From Rhynchopus sp. YZ270_cl-10 (lineage: Eukaryota), in the NCBI GenBank assembly GCA_964035575.1, contig OZ037842.1, positions 372,001-436,000 on the forward strand: a DNA stretch of 64,000 nucleotides, written 5' to 3'. Under the pieces are notes generated by a model. It did not search any database and had not been told where the DNA came from. It saw nothing but the letters and a program-made list of their open reading frames with translations. Of this stretch, positions 1 through 11,919 are shown piece by piece (the stretch's first letter is position 1; every line of letters starts with the position of its first letter). A program made the translations under genes and the position numbers.

Positions 1-1099
1 GTCACCGTTTGCCTCTCGGCACACAATGACAGCGGGGAACCACTGACCCTGGAACATGGCGTCAACGGCGTCGTTCTCATGGTACTCAGTCACCAACGGG
101 ACGGGGTCTCTCGCAGCAGGTGGCGAGACATGTCCTGGGGCACCAGGAGCTGGGCTCAACTCTTGCAGAACATTGTGCGCATTTTCCTAAAGCAATATTT
201 GTTGTAGAATTGAGGGAAAGAAGAGGAGGTGAATGCATACCATGTTACCGCCACAGTCCTCGAGAATGCCTTTGATGACCTTTCTGTCGACGTTCGGGTA
301 CACCTCGCTAAGCTGCTCGAGTGATGCCTGTGGAGGGGGGGTTGGGACAGATGTGGGGGTGAAGAGGAAGCATACATATTGCTGCAGTTCCAGGATCTCG
401 TTTGTTTTGTGGTGGTTTTCGCGTGGGGTCACGAGAGGGCCGTCCTGTGAATGGTGTGGTGTGTTGCTTTGCTTGCATTGAGCTCATACTTCTTCCTCCT
501 CCTGCGGAGGCCGGTATCCCGGTGCCTGGGACGGTGGGGGGCTTTGGTAGTGACCCTGCTGTTGGTAGGAGTTGTTGTTGTTGTAGCCGTGCCCTTGGTT
601 GGCTTGGTTCTGGCTGACCTGTGTTGTGGGGGGGGTTTTTACGGCAATACTATGTGAGGGAAAGACGCAAACAATATGCTCCGATAGCAATAGAGCAATA
701 GAGCAATAGAGCAATAGAGCAATAGAGCAATAGAGCAATAGAGCAATAGAGCAATAGAGCAATAGAGCAATAGAGCAATAGAGCAATAGAGCAATAGAGC
801 AATAGAGCAATAGAGCAATAGAGCAATAGAGCAATAGAGCAATAGCATACCAGCAGGATTGCCGCATCGACCTCCCTCTGCTCTCTCTGGCTGCGCTGCT
901 GATTTCTGTAGTCTTGTTGGTGATATTGCTGTCCCTGTGGGGGTGGGGACGAGTACTGCACCGCCCCGCCCTGGTAACCCCCTTGGTTGTACCCGCCTTG
1001 TCCGCCGTGCTGGTATGTGCCCCCGTGTGGTGGGGGGTTTTGTCTGCTCTGTGGCGCCTGCCCTCCTGCTGGACGGTCTTTGCTTCCACTGCAGCCCAT
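1..1099 (-). CDS. N-acylated Gln/Pro-rich CUE-domain protein with a probable Agenet/Tudor-like domain; spliced, 3' end runs off the window
   Basis: Exons 1099-851, 618-490, 444-376, 327-241 and 186-<1 are joined by four phase-0 GTATG..AG introns (850-619, 489-445, 375-328, 240-187) into one open frame. MGCSGSK is a myristoylation/palmitoylation-type start. ASLEQLSEVYPNVDRKVIKGILEDCGGNM/ENAHNVLQEL is CUE-like. YHENDAVDAMFQGQWFPAVI resembles the start of an Agenet/Tudor domain. Confidence 0.8.
685..846. repeat. Tandem 8-mer (GAGCAATA)n, ~19-20 units, inside intron 1 of the CUE gene
   Basis: Perfect 8-bp period read directly; it starts a few bases inside the GTATG donor. Confidence 0.97.
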
Positions 1100-1760
1100 G
1101 GTGTTGTGTGTTTTGTTGTCTTGTGTTGTGTTGTGTTGTGCCCTGGGTAGGAAGAGCTATTGTATAAGTTTGGTGAAATCGTGAATTTTTGACATATTTT
1201 AGTTTGTACGGAATACACCGATTAAAGCGAAAGAGGAAGAGGGCATCTAAGACAGCAAGGCTGAAAAGCCACTTTTTTGTTGATTGGTTGCATTACGTAA
1301 TGCCAAAGGGTGTGCGTTCAGGTTTATGCGGCTGAAATAATAACATTTCTTTTTCCAAAATCGGCAATAGACAAACCTAATCCTCTCGTGGTTCGCCCCG
1401 AAAGAGAAAGATTCCAAAGATAAAAAAGATAAAAAAGGGGGGGTTTTGGTAAGATCCTAGGTCTTTCATTGATTCGTCATTGGGCGGAGGCTGGTGAAAA
1501 TATGAGGGAAGGGGGGTTTTTTTCTCGGTGCATCCAAGTTGTAATGGATACTCTCCCTCAAGCAAAAGGAGAAAAGATTGGTAACATTAAGCCTCAATGT
1601 GCTTCGTCTTACCAAAGAAGGGAAACTAAGAAGAGCCAGAAAGATGAATGCAGCTCGCCTTTTTGTGAAGTTGACAGTGCAAAAAAGGAAAAAAAGGCCC
1701 CAAGGAAGGCAGGCACTGATGCTCCATGGGCTATCGAACCCCCTAAAAAAAAATATTGAG

Positions 1761-2194
1761 GGATCAATGTGCCTCATGTGCACAACATCTTGAAAAAGTG
1801 TATTGCAGAGAGACAAAGGGAAAATGGTCTGTTTTGTATGACAGAAAGAGAGGAAAAAGGAAGTTGAAAAACGGTGAGGTACAGACAAAAGAAAGTTTTG
1901 TCGGATACACCTAAGCCTGTGCTTAGTCACCTTCAATCATCTTTGAAAAAAGAAAAGAAAAGTTTAAGATGACCTAAGCTTCTCGTGCTTAGTCACCTAA
2001 AAAAGGGGGACCCCTTTCGACCAACGTGAATTTTTGAAAGAAAACACCTCGACGGATGTCACAAACATTGTTTCATATACTAACTATTCTACTGAATAGA
2101 AGTGTATAATAGGGTGCACTAAATGTACCCAAACTTTCACAAATAAAAAAGAAAAACTTGAAAGATGAATGTGCCCCTCTCTGTACACGTATCT
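1761..2194 (-). repeat. Cluster of four short hairpin elements (R1 copies at 1903-1932 and 1966-1998; R2 copies at 1761-1790 and 2161-2194)
   Basis: Matches to the window-wide consensuses AAGATGACCTAAGCCTCTCGTGCTTAGTCACCT and AAGATGAATGTG(T/C)CTCTCGTGCAC(A)CATCT, each preceded on + by an A-rich tract. Confidence 0.8.
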
Positions 2195-3042
2195 TTTACT
2201 ACAGCTGGGTTTGATGGGCTGTCTCTTTGTCAATAAAAAAAAATGCCACCTTTAAAAAAAAAGGGGTTAGGGTATTGGGGCATTCCTCGTCACACTGCTG
2301 CGAGCCTTTTGGAATGTTGATGGAAATATGCAAATACAGGTTGGGCAAGTCTACTAAGATATGCGCAAGGCACTCTGCAAAGCTACTTGACCAAGAAAAG
2401 AAATTCTTGGATAAGATTGGTGTGACACTTTCTTTTGATTTCTTTTGATACTTGTTAAAAAGATTCATTGGGGTTGAGTGGGGGGGAAGGGCGCAAAGCG
2501 CGGAACGTTTTTTTTGTTTTGTTTTTGAACAGACACTTACCTCAGCCACAAAAAGAGAAAAAAAGACAAAAAATAAAATAAAATAAAAGAAGGGAAAAAA
2601 AGGAGCGAGTGTGAAACATAGAATGGCAGACAGGCGAATCACAAAAAAAGAGAAAAAAAATTAGTTTGGTTCGAGACAGGAAGATTGACACCTATGCCTG
2701 ATAGTACGGATAGTGTCAGTTTTTGTGGTTATCACTCAATGTCAATAGACACGGTTTGGACAAAAAAAAAAAAAAGTGTGTCACCCCTGGGAAGAATGCG
2801 GGTGCAAAACAATTTTAGACACCTGCAGAGCAAGGTAAAAAAATTCCACCCACACAAAGGGTTTTTTTTTGACGCTCACACCCGGACATATGAGGGGAAT
2901 TCATGACAACAATGCAGGACAAAAGGAAAAATGGGCGGCCAGGATTTATTTTAGATTTGCCGTCTTCACTGCTGCTGTATTTTTTTTTTTTCTTTCTTTC
3001 TTTCTTTTCGTGTATTTTGTCGTTTTCTCATGGGGGGGGGGG

Positions 3043-4236
3043 TAGGGGGGGGGCAAAACCTTCAGGACGGGTGAGGCATTTTTGGAAAAAGTGGTTTTGT
3101 GAGCAAAAAACCTGTGAGCACCCCTCATACCCACCCAGAAATGGGTCAGAAACACCCTGTGACCCGAAAATCCATGATTAGGGCACCTCAGAATATGAAA
3201 AAATGCAAAAAAAATAGTGAAAAAGTGGCTTTTTGACGGTTTTGGCCATGTTGGGTAAAATGGCCATTTTTTGGTGAAAAAAATAAAAAAAACAGCAAAA
3301 TTTCGACATCATGACAGCTGCTTGGGCACGAAACTACCCCAGGGAGGTCCTGTGAGTCCATTCCGACGTGTTTTGGACACTTTAGGCACTTGTTTTGGCC
3401 GTTTTTTGACGTTTTTATGGTTAACGTCATGCACTGTCCATACCCCGTCCATACCCCGTCCAAGTCATGCGCCCTGCTTTTAGACCCACTCTGGGCCAAA
3501 AAATGGGCGAAAACCTCCGAAAAAGCACTCCGGGAGCCCAGATAGTTCCAAATTTCCACCGCACACCCTCAAAAACACCTCCAAAACATGTCAGAAAAAC
3601 ATTTTCAAAAACACACATTTTCAAATAAGTCATTATGGAACCTTCCCAGATGAACTTTTTGAAAAAAGTGTGTTTTTGAAAATATTTTTCTGGCATGTTT
3701 TTGAGGTGTTTGGGTGGGTTTCTGGTGGATACTTGGAACTATCTGGGTTCCCAGAGTGCTTTTTCGGGGGTTTTCACCCATTTTTTGGCCCAGAGTAGGT
3801 CTGAAAGCAGGGCGCATGACTTGGACGGGGTATGGACGGGGTATGGACGGGGTATGATTTCGACCACAAAAACACCAAAAAACGGCCAAAAAAAGTACCC
3901 AAAGTGTCCAAAACAGGTCGGAATGGACTCACAGGACCTCCCTGGGGTAGTTTTGTGCCCAAGCAGCCGTCATGATGTCGAAATTTTGCTGTTTTTTTGA
4001 TTTTTTTCACCAAAAATGGCCATTTTACCCAACATGGCCAAAACCGTCAAAAAGCCACTTTTTCACTATTTTTTTGCATTTTTTCATATTCTGAGTCGCC
4101 CTTAGCATGAATTTTCGGGTCACAGGGTGTTTCTGACCCATTTCTGGGTGGGTATGAGGGGTGGTTTGTACGTACGTTGCGCGGAAGTCCAAAAAAGTCA
4201 AATGCCTCAAAAAAATAGGGGTTTTGCCCCCACCTA
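3043..4236. mobile_element. Non-autonomous foldback DNA transposon B (hAT-like TAGG termini, ~500-bp inverted arms)
   Basis: Left end TAGGGGGGGGGCAAAACC, right end GGTTTTGCCCCCACCTA. Arms ~3117-3615 and ~3660-4162 are inverted copies. Preceded by G11. No transposase ORF. Confidence 0.8.
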
Positions 4237-4238
4237 GG

Positions 4239-5050
4239 CATACTGTGCGGGCGAGTAAAAAAAACTCGCCTACTCGCCAAAAACTCGCCTAAAACTCGCC
4301 CATTTTTGGGGGGCGAGTTTTGGCGAGTTTTTTTTTTGGGTAGGGATTTTACCTTGGGAAAAGTGTACACACGAAAATATGAGGGAAATTTGAGTTTTGA
4401 AGAGAAAATTTTTTTCGTTCCACTTGAACAAGACCTCTACAGTTTGCTTTGTAGGCTTCCACAACCAGTACCACCAGTCCAGCTGTAGCTTCTGCGGATC
4501 CATGAAGCTTGCACAGATGGGTGCGATGTAGTCGTGGGGGAATACCGCCAAGGGGTGGCCTGCAGGGTTGCCATTTACTGGCATGGCGAGGACATTGTTG
4601 TATAGCGAGTGTAGCCCCGGCTCATGTCTTCGTCATCCTCCGGATTGTAGCACGTCTTGTCCCCCGGGATCTATGGATCTTCCCCTGGAGCAAATGTTTA
4701 CATACATGCCTGTCAGCCACTGCCGTGACATGGTTGCCGTTAGACGTACAAGTGACACAATTTCAATTTTTTTTGTGTGTTTTCGAGTGGCATGTTGTCA
4801 TCAGTCACCCCCGCCCTCCATTTTCACATCCTGGTGCACATTTTCACCCCCAAGGTGCGTATGTGCACCAGGATTTGCACCCAAATTGGGGCGAGTTTAG
4901 GCGAGTTTTTGGCGAGTTTAGGCGAGTTTTGGCGAGTTTTTGGCGAGTAATAGGCGAGTAATGGGCGAGTAGGGCGAGTTTTTGGCGAGTTTTTCCTGAA
5001 AATCAGGAAAACGAAAAACTCGCCTAAAAACGGCTCGCCTGCACAGTATG
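4239..5050. mobile_element. MITE-like element A1 (CATACTGTGC..GCACAGTATG) flanked by CCTAGG on both sides
   Basis: TIR CATACTGTGCRGGCGAG. CCTAGG at 4233-4238 and 5051-5056. Dense subterminal GGCGAGT/ACTCGCC repeats. Near-identical inverted copy at 6111-6921. Confidence 0.9.
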
Positions 5051-5065
5051 CCTAGGGGGGGGGGG

Positions 5066-6108
5066 TAGGGGGTGCGATGAGGCCGTTTTTTCTGTAACAC
5101 ACCCGAAAAAATCATAAAAAGTGTAAAAAAAATCAGTCGAAAACACAAAATCACCCCAGGAAACACATTTGGTGGACTATTCCTTACTTTTTGGTGCCTT
5201 TTTGGCACTTTCTGGCACTTTCCCCCCCGATTTTTTGACACTTTTTGTCGCATTTTCACCCAATTTCCCCCTTTTCTGAGGGTATTTGATACAGGGCGAT
5301 TTATCAAAAAATTCAAAAATTTAAAATAGTCCAAAACAAGAGGAAAAGTGGATTTTTCCAGTCATATGTGTGCACAGAGTGATTTCCGTGGGGTTTTGGG
5401 GCCAAAAGTCCATTTTTCTTTATGTCTTCGCTGAAAATTTTGAATTTTTTTTATACACAAAAACCACATTTTAGCCGGGAGGAGAAAGTGTTGCAAAAGT
5501 GTTGCAAGAGGGGTTTTTGACCTGCAGGCACCAAAATCGACCAAAAAGTGGTCGCAAATATGATTTTCCACCCCTCCTGGGGTGGGGAGGGTAACTCCTG
5601 GGGGTTTTTGTGACCTCTGTGGACCTTTGGGTGGAGTTTTTTGGGTTCTCAGGTACGGAACAAGTCTGGAAACTACTAATGTATAGGTGATTTTTAGCGT
5701 TGCACCCGACGAAACACCTCTTGGAGACCCAACCTGGACCCCTAAAAGTCACAAAAACCACATAATTCCACCCTGGGACCCCATATGAGGGCGAATGGAG
5801 TGTTTTTTTTGGTGTTTGGAGGGTTTTCTGGGGGCTCGGGAGAGTATTTTCGAAAGTGTTGCATTTCGGCCAAGACGTGTTACATTTTTGTTACATGTTT
5901 TTCGTGATTTTTTCAGAAAAAATGCATTTTTTTTGGGTAGGAAAGCTCCTGTGGTGATCGTCCGGTATTTTACTGGGATATTTTGCTGGTCCCCAGGCGG
6001 ATTTGCGGCCAGGTACGCCCTTTTTAGTGGGATTTTTGACCTAAATTTCAAAAAAATGGGTTTGTTACACTAATTCCTTAAGGATTTCTACTACCGTTGC
6101 ACCCCCTA
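5066..6108. mobile_element. Non-autonomous DNA transposon C (TAGGGGGTGC..GCACCCCCTA), hAT-like
   Basis: 10-bp perfect TIR, subterminal TGTAACA/TGTTACA, preceded by G11 (5055-5065); non-coding interior. Confidence 0.7.
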
Positions 6109-6110
6109 GG

Positions 6111-6921
6111 CATACTGTGCAGGCGAGCCGTTTTTAGGCGAGTTTTTCGTTTTCCTGATTTTCAGGAAAAACTCGCCAAAAACTCGCCCTACTCGCCCAT
6201 TACTCGCCAAAACTCGCCAAAAACTCGCCTAAACTCGCCAAAAACTCGCCTAAACTCGCCTAAACTCGCCCACATTTGGGTGCAAATCCCGGTGCACATA
6301 CGCACCTTGGGGGTGAAAATGTGCACCAGGATGTGAAAATGGAGGGCGGGGGTGACTGATGACAACATGCCACTCGAAAACACACAAAAAAATTGAAATT
6401 GTGTCACTTGTACGTCTAACGGCAACCATGTCACGGCAGTGGCTGGCAGGCATGTATGTAACCATTTGCTCCAGGGGAAGATCCATAGATCCCGGGGGAC
6501 AAGACGTGTTACAATCCGGAGGATGACGAAGACATGAGCCGGGGCTACACTCGCTATACAACAATGTCCTCGTCATGCCGGTAAATGGCAACCCTGCAGG
6601 CCACCCCTTGGCGGTATTCCCCCACGACTACATCACACCCATCTGTGCAAGCTTCATGGATCCGCAGAAGGTACAGCTGGACTGGTGGTACTGGTTGTGG
6701 AAGCCTACAAAGCAAACTGCAGAGGTCTTGTTCAAGTGGAACGAAAAAAATTTTCTCTTCAAAACTCAAATTTCCCTCATATTTTCGTGTGTACACTTTT
6801 CCCAAGGTAAAATCCCTACCAAAAAAAAAAAACTCGCCAAAACTCGCCCCCCAAAAATGGGCGAGTTTTAGGCGAGTTTTTGGCGAGTAGGCGAGTTTTT
6901 TTTACTCGCCTGCACAGTATG
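6111..6921. mobile_element. MITE-like element A2, inverted near-identical copy of A1, flanked by CCTAGG
   Basis: Same TIRs and internal sequence as A1 in the opposite orientation; CCTAGG at 6105-6110 and 6922-6927. Confidence 0.9.
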
Positions 6922-6925
6922 CCTA

Positions 6926-6965
<40 letters not shown>

Positions 6966-6970
<5 letters not shown>

Positions 6971-7987
6971 TTGGCAGAGTACGTGTACGTTGTACTTTTT
7001 GTACTTTGTACTTTTGTACTTTTTGACGTACTTTTTGGCGCCCAAATCCGTACTTTATGACCCTATATTTTACCCTGGGAATTCGAAGCAAAATCCGTAT
7101 TTCCCCTCTCTTCACCCCAATCACACTCAAAAAAGGTTTTTTGTTATTCAATGGTGTTCCGGAGAGGGCCCATATTGACATGTCCTTGACATGTCCCCGA
7201 CAGTGGGGGGTGTCATTTTGTAATTTGCTTAAGAGTGGGTTTTGTTTTTGCCCGGGAAAATCACCCACTAAGGAAGTGGTAGTGCTCAAAACCGCCCGAA
7301 GTCTGGAAGTGGCCGTCTTCTGGGCTATGTAGGCATCATAGGTGGTGCCTACTAGTGGTCTGAGCACACGGAGTTGCGACAACTCGGCCATAGTACCATA
7401 GTACCATAGTACCATAGTACCATAGTACCATAGTACCATAGTACCATAGTACCATAGTACCATAGTACCATAGTACCATAGTACCATAGTACCATAGTAC
7501 CATAGTACCATAGTACCATAGTACCATAGTACCATAGTACCATAGTACCATAGTACCATAGTACCATAGTACCATAGTACCATAGTACCATAGTACCATA
7601 GTACCATAGTACCATAGTACCATAGTACCATAGTACCATAGTACCATAGTACCATAGTACCATAGTACCATAGTACCATAGTACCATAGTACCATAGTAC
7701 CATAGTACCATAGTACCATAGTACCATAAGGTCGCCCAGAGCCCACCACGCGCACATTCTTGAGAAGCCGTTTATAGCTCTGTGCACTGAGCATTTTCCG
7801 TACTGCCAACACTGCCCCCAAACCTTTTTTTTTGCCCCCACACTGGTACACCAGCTGCACAAACCCGGCCACAAACCCAGATGTACTTTTTGTGTATTTT
7901 TTGTACTTTTTACGTACTTTTTGTACTATTGTACTATTGTACTTTTTACGTACTTTTTGAAATTGGACACGTACTCTGCCAACACTG
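6966..7987. mobile_element. hAT-like non-autonomous element E (TIR CAGTGTTGGCAGAGTACGTGT) inserted in poly-G
   Basis: 21-bp perfect TIR, flanked by G40 (6926-6965) and G18 (7988-8005), compatible with a G8 TSD. Subterminal GTACTTTT repeats. An extra internal end-like copy CTGCCAACACTGCCCCC lies at 7803-7819. Confidence 0.88.
7389..7728. repeat. Tandem 8-mer (CATAGTAC)n, ~42 units, inside element E
   Basis: Perfect 8-bp period read directly. Confidence 0.97.
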
Positions 7988-8622
7988 GGGGGGGGGGGGG
8001 GGGGGTAGGGGCAGCGACTCCCGAAGGAATTTTTGTCACTTTTATTATTTTTGGTGTTTTGGGCCATTTCCTGGTCACCTCTGGTCGGAAAACCCCCCAG
8101 AAATGGGTCAGAAACACCCTGTGACCCGAAAATTCATGCTAAGGGCGACCCAGAATATGATAAAATGCAAAAAAATAGTGAAAAAGTGGCTTTTTGACGG
8201 TTTTGGCCATGTTGGGTAAAATGGCCATTTTTGGTGAAAAAAATCAAAAAAACAGCAAAATTTTGACATCATGACAGCTGCTTGGGCACAAAATTGCCCC
8301 AGGGAGGTCCTGTGAGTCCATTCCGACCTGTTTTGCTTTTTTTGGCCGTTTTTTGGTGTTTTTGTGGTCAAAAAACAGGTCTGAAAATACCCTACTCATA
8401 CCCTACTCAGTAACATCGCAAGCCTGTAATCACTTTCTGGGTCGGTTTTTTCGTGAAAAGCGGCTGAAAAGTCACTCCGGGAGCCCAGATAGTTCCAAAT
8501 TTCCACCAGACACCCATAAAAACACCTCAAAAGCATGCCCGGAAAACATTTTTAAAAACACACTTTTTTCAAAAAGGTCATCTGGGCAGGTTCTATAATG
8601 GCCTTTTTGAAAAAAGGCCATT

Positions 8623-9309
8623 ATGGGACAAGAGAGCGGCTACTCCACCACACATTCAGCCCTCCCTACTCCGGTCGCGTCCTCGGTGCCCCCTGTCGCA
8701 CAAGCAGTTGCCCGTCCCGGCGCCTCTGCGCAGACACACCCTGGTTCGGACGGGGCAACACAACCTCAGACCGGTACGGAGAGTGGCTTCTCAAACACCC
8801 ACTCAGCCCTCCCCGTATCTTCTTCCTCTGAGGCAGTTCCCTCTTCCGTCCACCCGAGAGAGCAGCCGCCCGCCGCATCGCAGGGCAGCGAGTTCTCTAT
8901 GGACCTCATCGACGAATCAGAACTCGCAGTCCCCATGTCTGACGCCACTTCGGCCCCCAGCACGTACACGCAATCGGAGAGTGGCTCTCAACCCGCACCT
9001 ACAGCCCTCCCGACCAACGTGCCGTTCTATGCCGGTATGGCGCCCTGCCCAGGATTCAACAACATGGGGTGTCCAGCGACCGCCGAGGCGTGGAAGGACA
9101 CGTTCTACCCGAACACGCTTCAGCACCAGTCGCTGGCAGCGGGAGGGGATTGGCAGTCGGTGGATGACGCCCTCACCTGCCTCTACCTGTGGAAAGAAGC
9201 GAAGAAGCCGTCGATGAGCTCCGACGAGGTGGAAGAGGCTTACACCCTCTACAACCGTCTGCGGGGCCTAAAGCGGAGCAGGAACTCGCGGCCGTCCCAG
9301 AGCACTTGA
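8623..9309 (+). CDS. Hypothetical 228-aa ORF inside the D insert (Ser/Pro-rich N-terminus, small globular C-terminus); possibly a 5'-truncated retrocopy
   Basis: GC-rich codon usage like the host genes, with a sharp drop to T-rich sequence after the stop. Internal peptide repeats ESGYSTTHSALP / ESGFSNTHSALP / ESGSQPAPTALP. No domain recognised. Confidence 0.5.
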   Translation: MGQESGYSTTHSALPTPVASSVPPVAQAVARPGASAQTHPGSDGATQPQTGTESGFSNTHSALPVSSSSEAVPSSVHPREQPPAASQGSEFSMDLIDESELAVPMSDATSAPSTYTQSESGSQPAPTALPTNVPFYAGMAPCPGFNNMGCPATAEAWKDTFYPNTLQHQSLAAGGDWQSVDDALTCLYLWKEAKKPSMSSDEVEEAYTLYNRLRGLKRSRNSRPSQST

Positions 9310-9624
9310 GTTTTTCTTTTTCATTCTTTACTTTTGTTTGGCTTTTAGCCTCCCCCCTCCCCCTTTGCCTATTGGTTTTATTTTATTTTATTTTTAGAAT
9401 TAGAGTGTACAGCTAGGTAGGACCAGACGTCGTTAACAGCTATGAACCAAAGAGGTTCTCAGTGTCGTCGGCCAAGCCCCTTCACCAAAAAAGACTACAA
9501 CAAGAAAACAAACACACAGAAAAAAAAGTAAAAGAATGCCCTTCCTCAGTCCGGAAGTATCACCTCAACCGGTCACACCTGCCGTAAAATAGAGAGAGGT
9601 TACAGAATACAGATTATTAAAAAA

Positions 9625-11900
9625 AAAAAGTATTTTCATCATATGCAATCAATAAATTGATAGTATATGGTGAGGGATCAACAAAAATGGTCCCATCTTT
9701 CTTTTTATGTTGTGTGTTTTGCAAAACGTAGAAAAGAAAAGTAAAATGCTTCGTGCACAAGTTGAAACTTCAGTAGATTGGTTTCTGATATTAACCCTGT
9801 TTCAGTCCTAAGAATCATACAGTTGTATTCAAAAGGGTGGACATCTTCAGTGATTTCCCTTTAAATGGTGGGTGAATATCGTGAAACCGATGTTCGTGTG
9901 AACATTTGGTACCTTCTACTTCAGTTTTTTGTTTCGGGAATACACAAAATACAAAAGTTTTTTTTTTCTTTTTTCTTATTCCTTTCTCTGTCCTTACTGG
10001 ATGTAATGTCTGATCACCAGGAGGAAGAGTAACCTAAAGAGTCTTGGTCTTGATGGCTGCCGTGTATACGTAAAGTATTCCGTGCAATAATTGCTACCAA
10101 TCCAAACAAATACCAACACATCCTGTCTGTGTATCAGATAGAAAACCTCAGCAAACACACAAGAAAGAGAAATAAAATAAAAGTAAAAAATAGAAAAGTG
10201 AAAAACATACTGAATTTTCTGGACTTAGTAGTTCGCCGTCCAAGCAATGATTAAAACCAGTTTAATCATCCATTGTCCATTGTATTGAAACACCTACACA
10301 AAGACTAGAGTAGTACAAAGAGATAGCAAAACGTGCATTGCAAACAATTTAATATGTGTCCTGGAGTCTTAGTCTCAAGGCTATTGTCCCTTTAAAAATG
10401 GGAAAGCTAAGATGCCCACCAAGACCAAATCGCTCCTGCGAGAAAAATACTCATCACTAGTGACATAGTACGCGTTGAGTACAACCATATAAACTGCGTC
10501 GTGGACATTACCATTGGTAAACCACGACCAAATTACTACTGCGATATACCTATTATCTTCGTTCTTTTTTTTTTCCAAAGTTTTGCGGTTTTTGTAGTAG
10601 GCCTACAGACTGCACAGCTTACCCAGGGTGTGGCAATGTAATACATTGGTCTGACGTCTCACTGAAAGGGTCAAGTACGAGGTCTAGTCCCTTCCAGTGG
10701 TGAAAAAGAGTTTTTTTTTCTTTTTATTTGGTTTGTTGAAAAAAAGTAAAAATAAAAGTGGTGTTTGTTTGTGGGAATTCTTTGAAATAGGACCTTTATC
10801 TAGATTCATTGGCTTCATGAACATATATAGCCTAGAATCGCTCGCTTATTTTTTTCAGAATGCACTGAGCTGCTTCTGGTAGTCTTTAACGTTGACACCA
10901 TAAACGGACACATTTTTTTTATTGGGGTTTCGGTGTCGTCAACCTACTTTAAATAACCTACTTGCTCTCCCTTGTTATTATATCATTTTTTTTTTGGTCT
11001 CTTTTTCTGCTGTTTTTTTTTTTTTTTTTTTAATTTTGATTTCTTTTTTGACTGTTTCAAAGAGGTAGGGAGGGGGTGGGGTGTAGTGCGAAGTTCACAG
11101 GACAGCTGTATTGTGTGCTTCGACTTTCTGTTAACTCCTTTGTAATTATGAGTAAACAAAGCATAGTGCAGCAGTAGAATATATCTATAAATATAAACTA
11201 GTTTGCACTATGTGTTTAGCTTTTTAGGGCTAATGTACTAGAGACCATTCCGCAACATACTCTAAGCGAGGCTCAGTTTTTCACAGCATGTCTGGAGGCA
11301 CTTGTAAATAAAAAGTATTTTCATCATATGCAATCAATAAATTGATAGTATATGGTGAGGGATCAACAAAAATGGTCCCATCTTTCTTTTTATGTTGTGT
11401 GTTTTGCAAAACGTAGAAAAGAAAAGTAAAATGCTTCGTGCACAAGTTGAAACTTCAGTAGATTGGTTTCTGATATTAACCCTGTTTCAGTCCTAAGAAT
11501 CATACAGTTGTATTCAAAAGGGTGGACATCTTCAGTGATTTCCCTTTAAATGGTGGGTGAATATCGTGAAACCGATGTTCGTGTGAACATTTGGTACCTT
11601 CTACTTCAGTTTTTTGTTTCGGGAATACACAAAATACAAAAGTTTTTTTTTTCTTTTTTCTTATTCCTTTCTCTGTCCTTACTGGATGTAATGTCTGATC
11701 ACCAGGAGGAAGAGTAACCTAAAGAGTCTTGGTCTTGATGGCTGCCGTGTATACGTAAAGTATTCCGTGCAATAATTGCTACCAATCCAAACAAATACCA
11801 ACACATCCTGTCTGTGTATCAGATAGAAAACCTCAGCAAACACACAAGAAAGAGAAATAAAATAAAAGTAAAAAATAGAAAAGTGAAAAACATACTGAAT
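9625..11900. repeat. 591-bp direct repeat pair (9625-10215 and 11310-11900)
   Basis: The two copies appear identical by eye, offset 1685 bp; the second runs directly into the poly-A. Confidence 0.93.
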
Positions 11901-11919
11901 AAAAAAAAAAAAAAAAAAA

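Larger units (their letters stand above)
8616..11919 (+). mobile_element. Poly-A-tailed insert (retrocopy or non-autonomous retroposon) within D
   Basis: Interrupts D at the A6 run (8610-8615) that in B continues straight into the opposite arm. Ends TGAAT(A)19. Contains one GC-rich ORF followed by an AT-rich UTR-like tract. Confidence 0.55.

Noticed and set aside
6352..6385. Hammerhead ribozyme core (CTGATGA...GAAA) in A2/A1
   Set aside because: The intervening CAACATGCCACTC cannot form stem II and flanking stems are not apparent.
6575..6871. ~100-aa ORF in A1/A2 as a transposase
   Set aside because: Short, has an upstream in-frame stop, runs into subterminal repeats and shows no recognisable DDE or BED motif; at most a decayed fragment.
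7389..7728. CRISPR array or telomeric repeat
   Set aside because: No unique spacers, no cas genes, not TTAGGG-like, and enclosed by TE TIRs.
6816..8067. Long ORFs with MVLWYYGT repeats (and YCSIALLL ORFs at 484-1218)
   Set aside because: They are translations of stop-free 8-mer tandem arrays lying in a TE or an intron.
9625..11900. LTR retrotransposon or TRIM
   Set aside because: The direct repeats lack TG..CA ends, no PBS/PPT or TSD is evident, and there is no gag/pol sequence.
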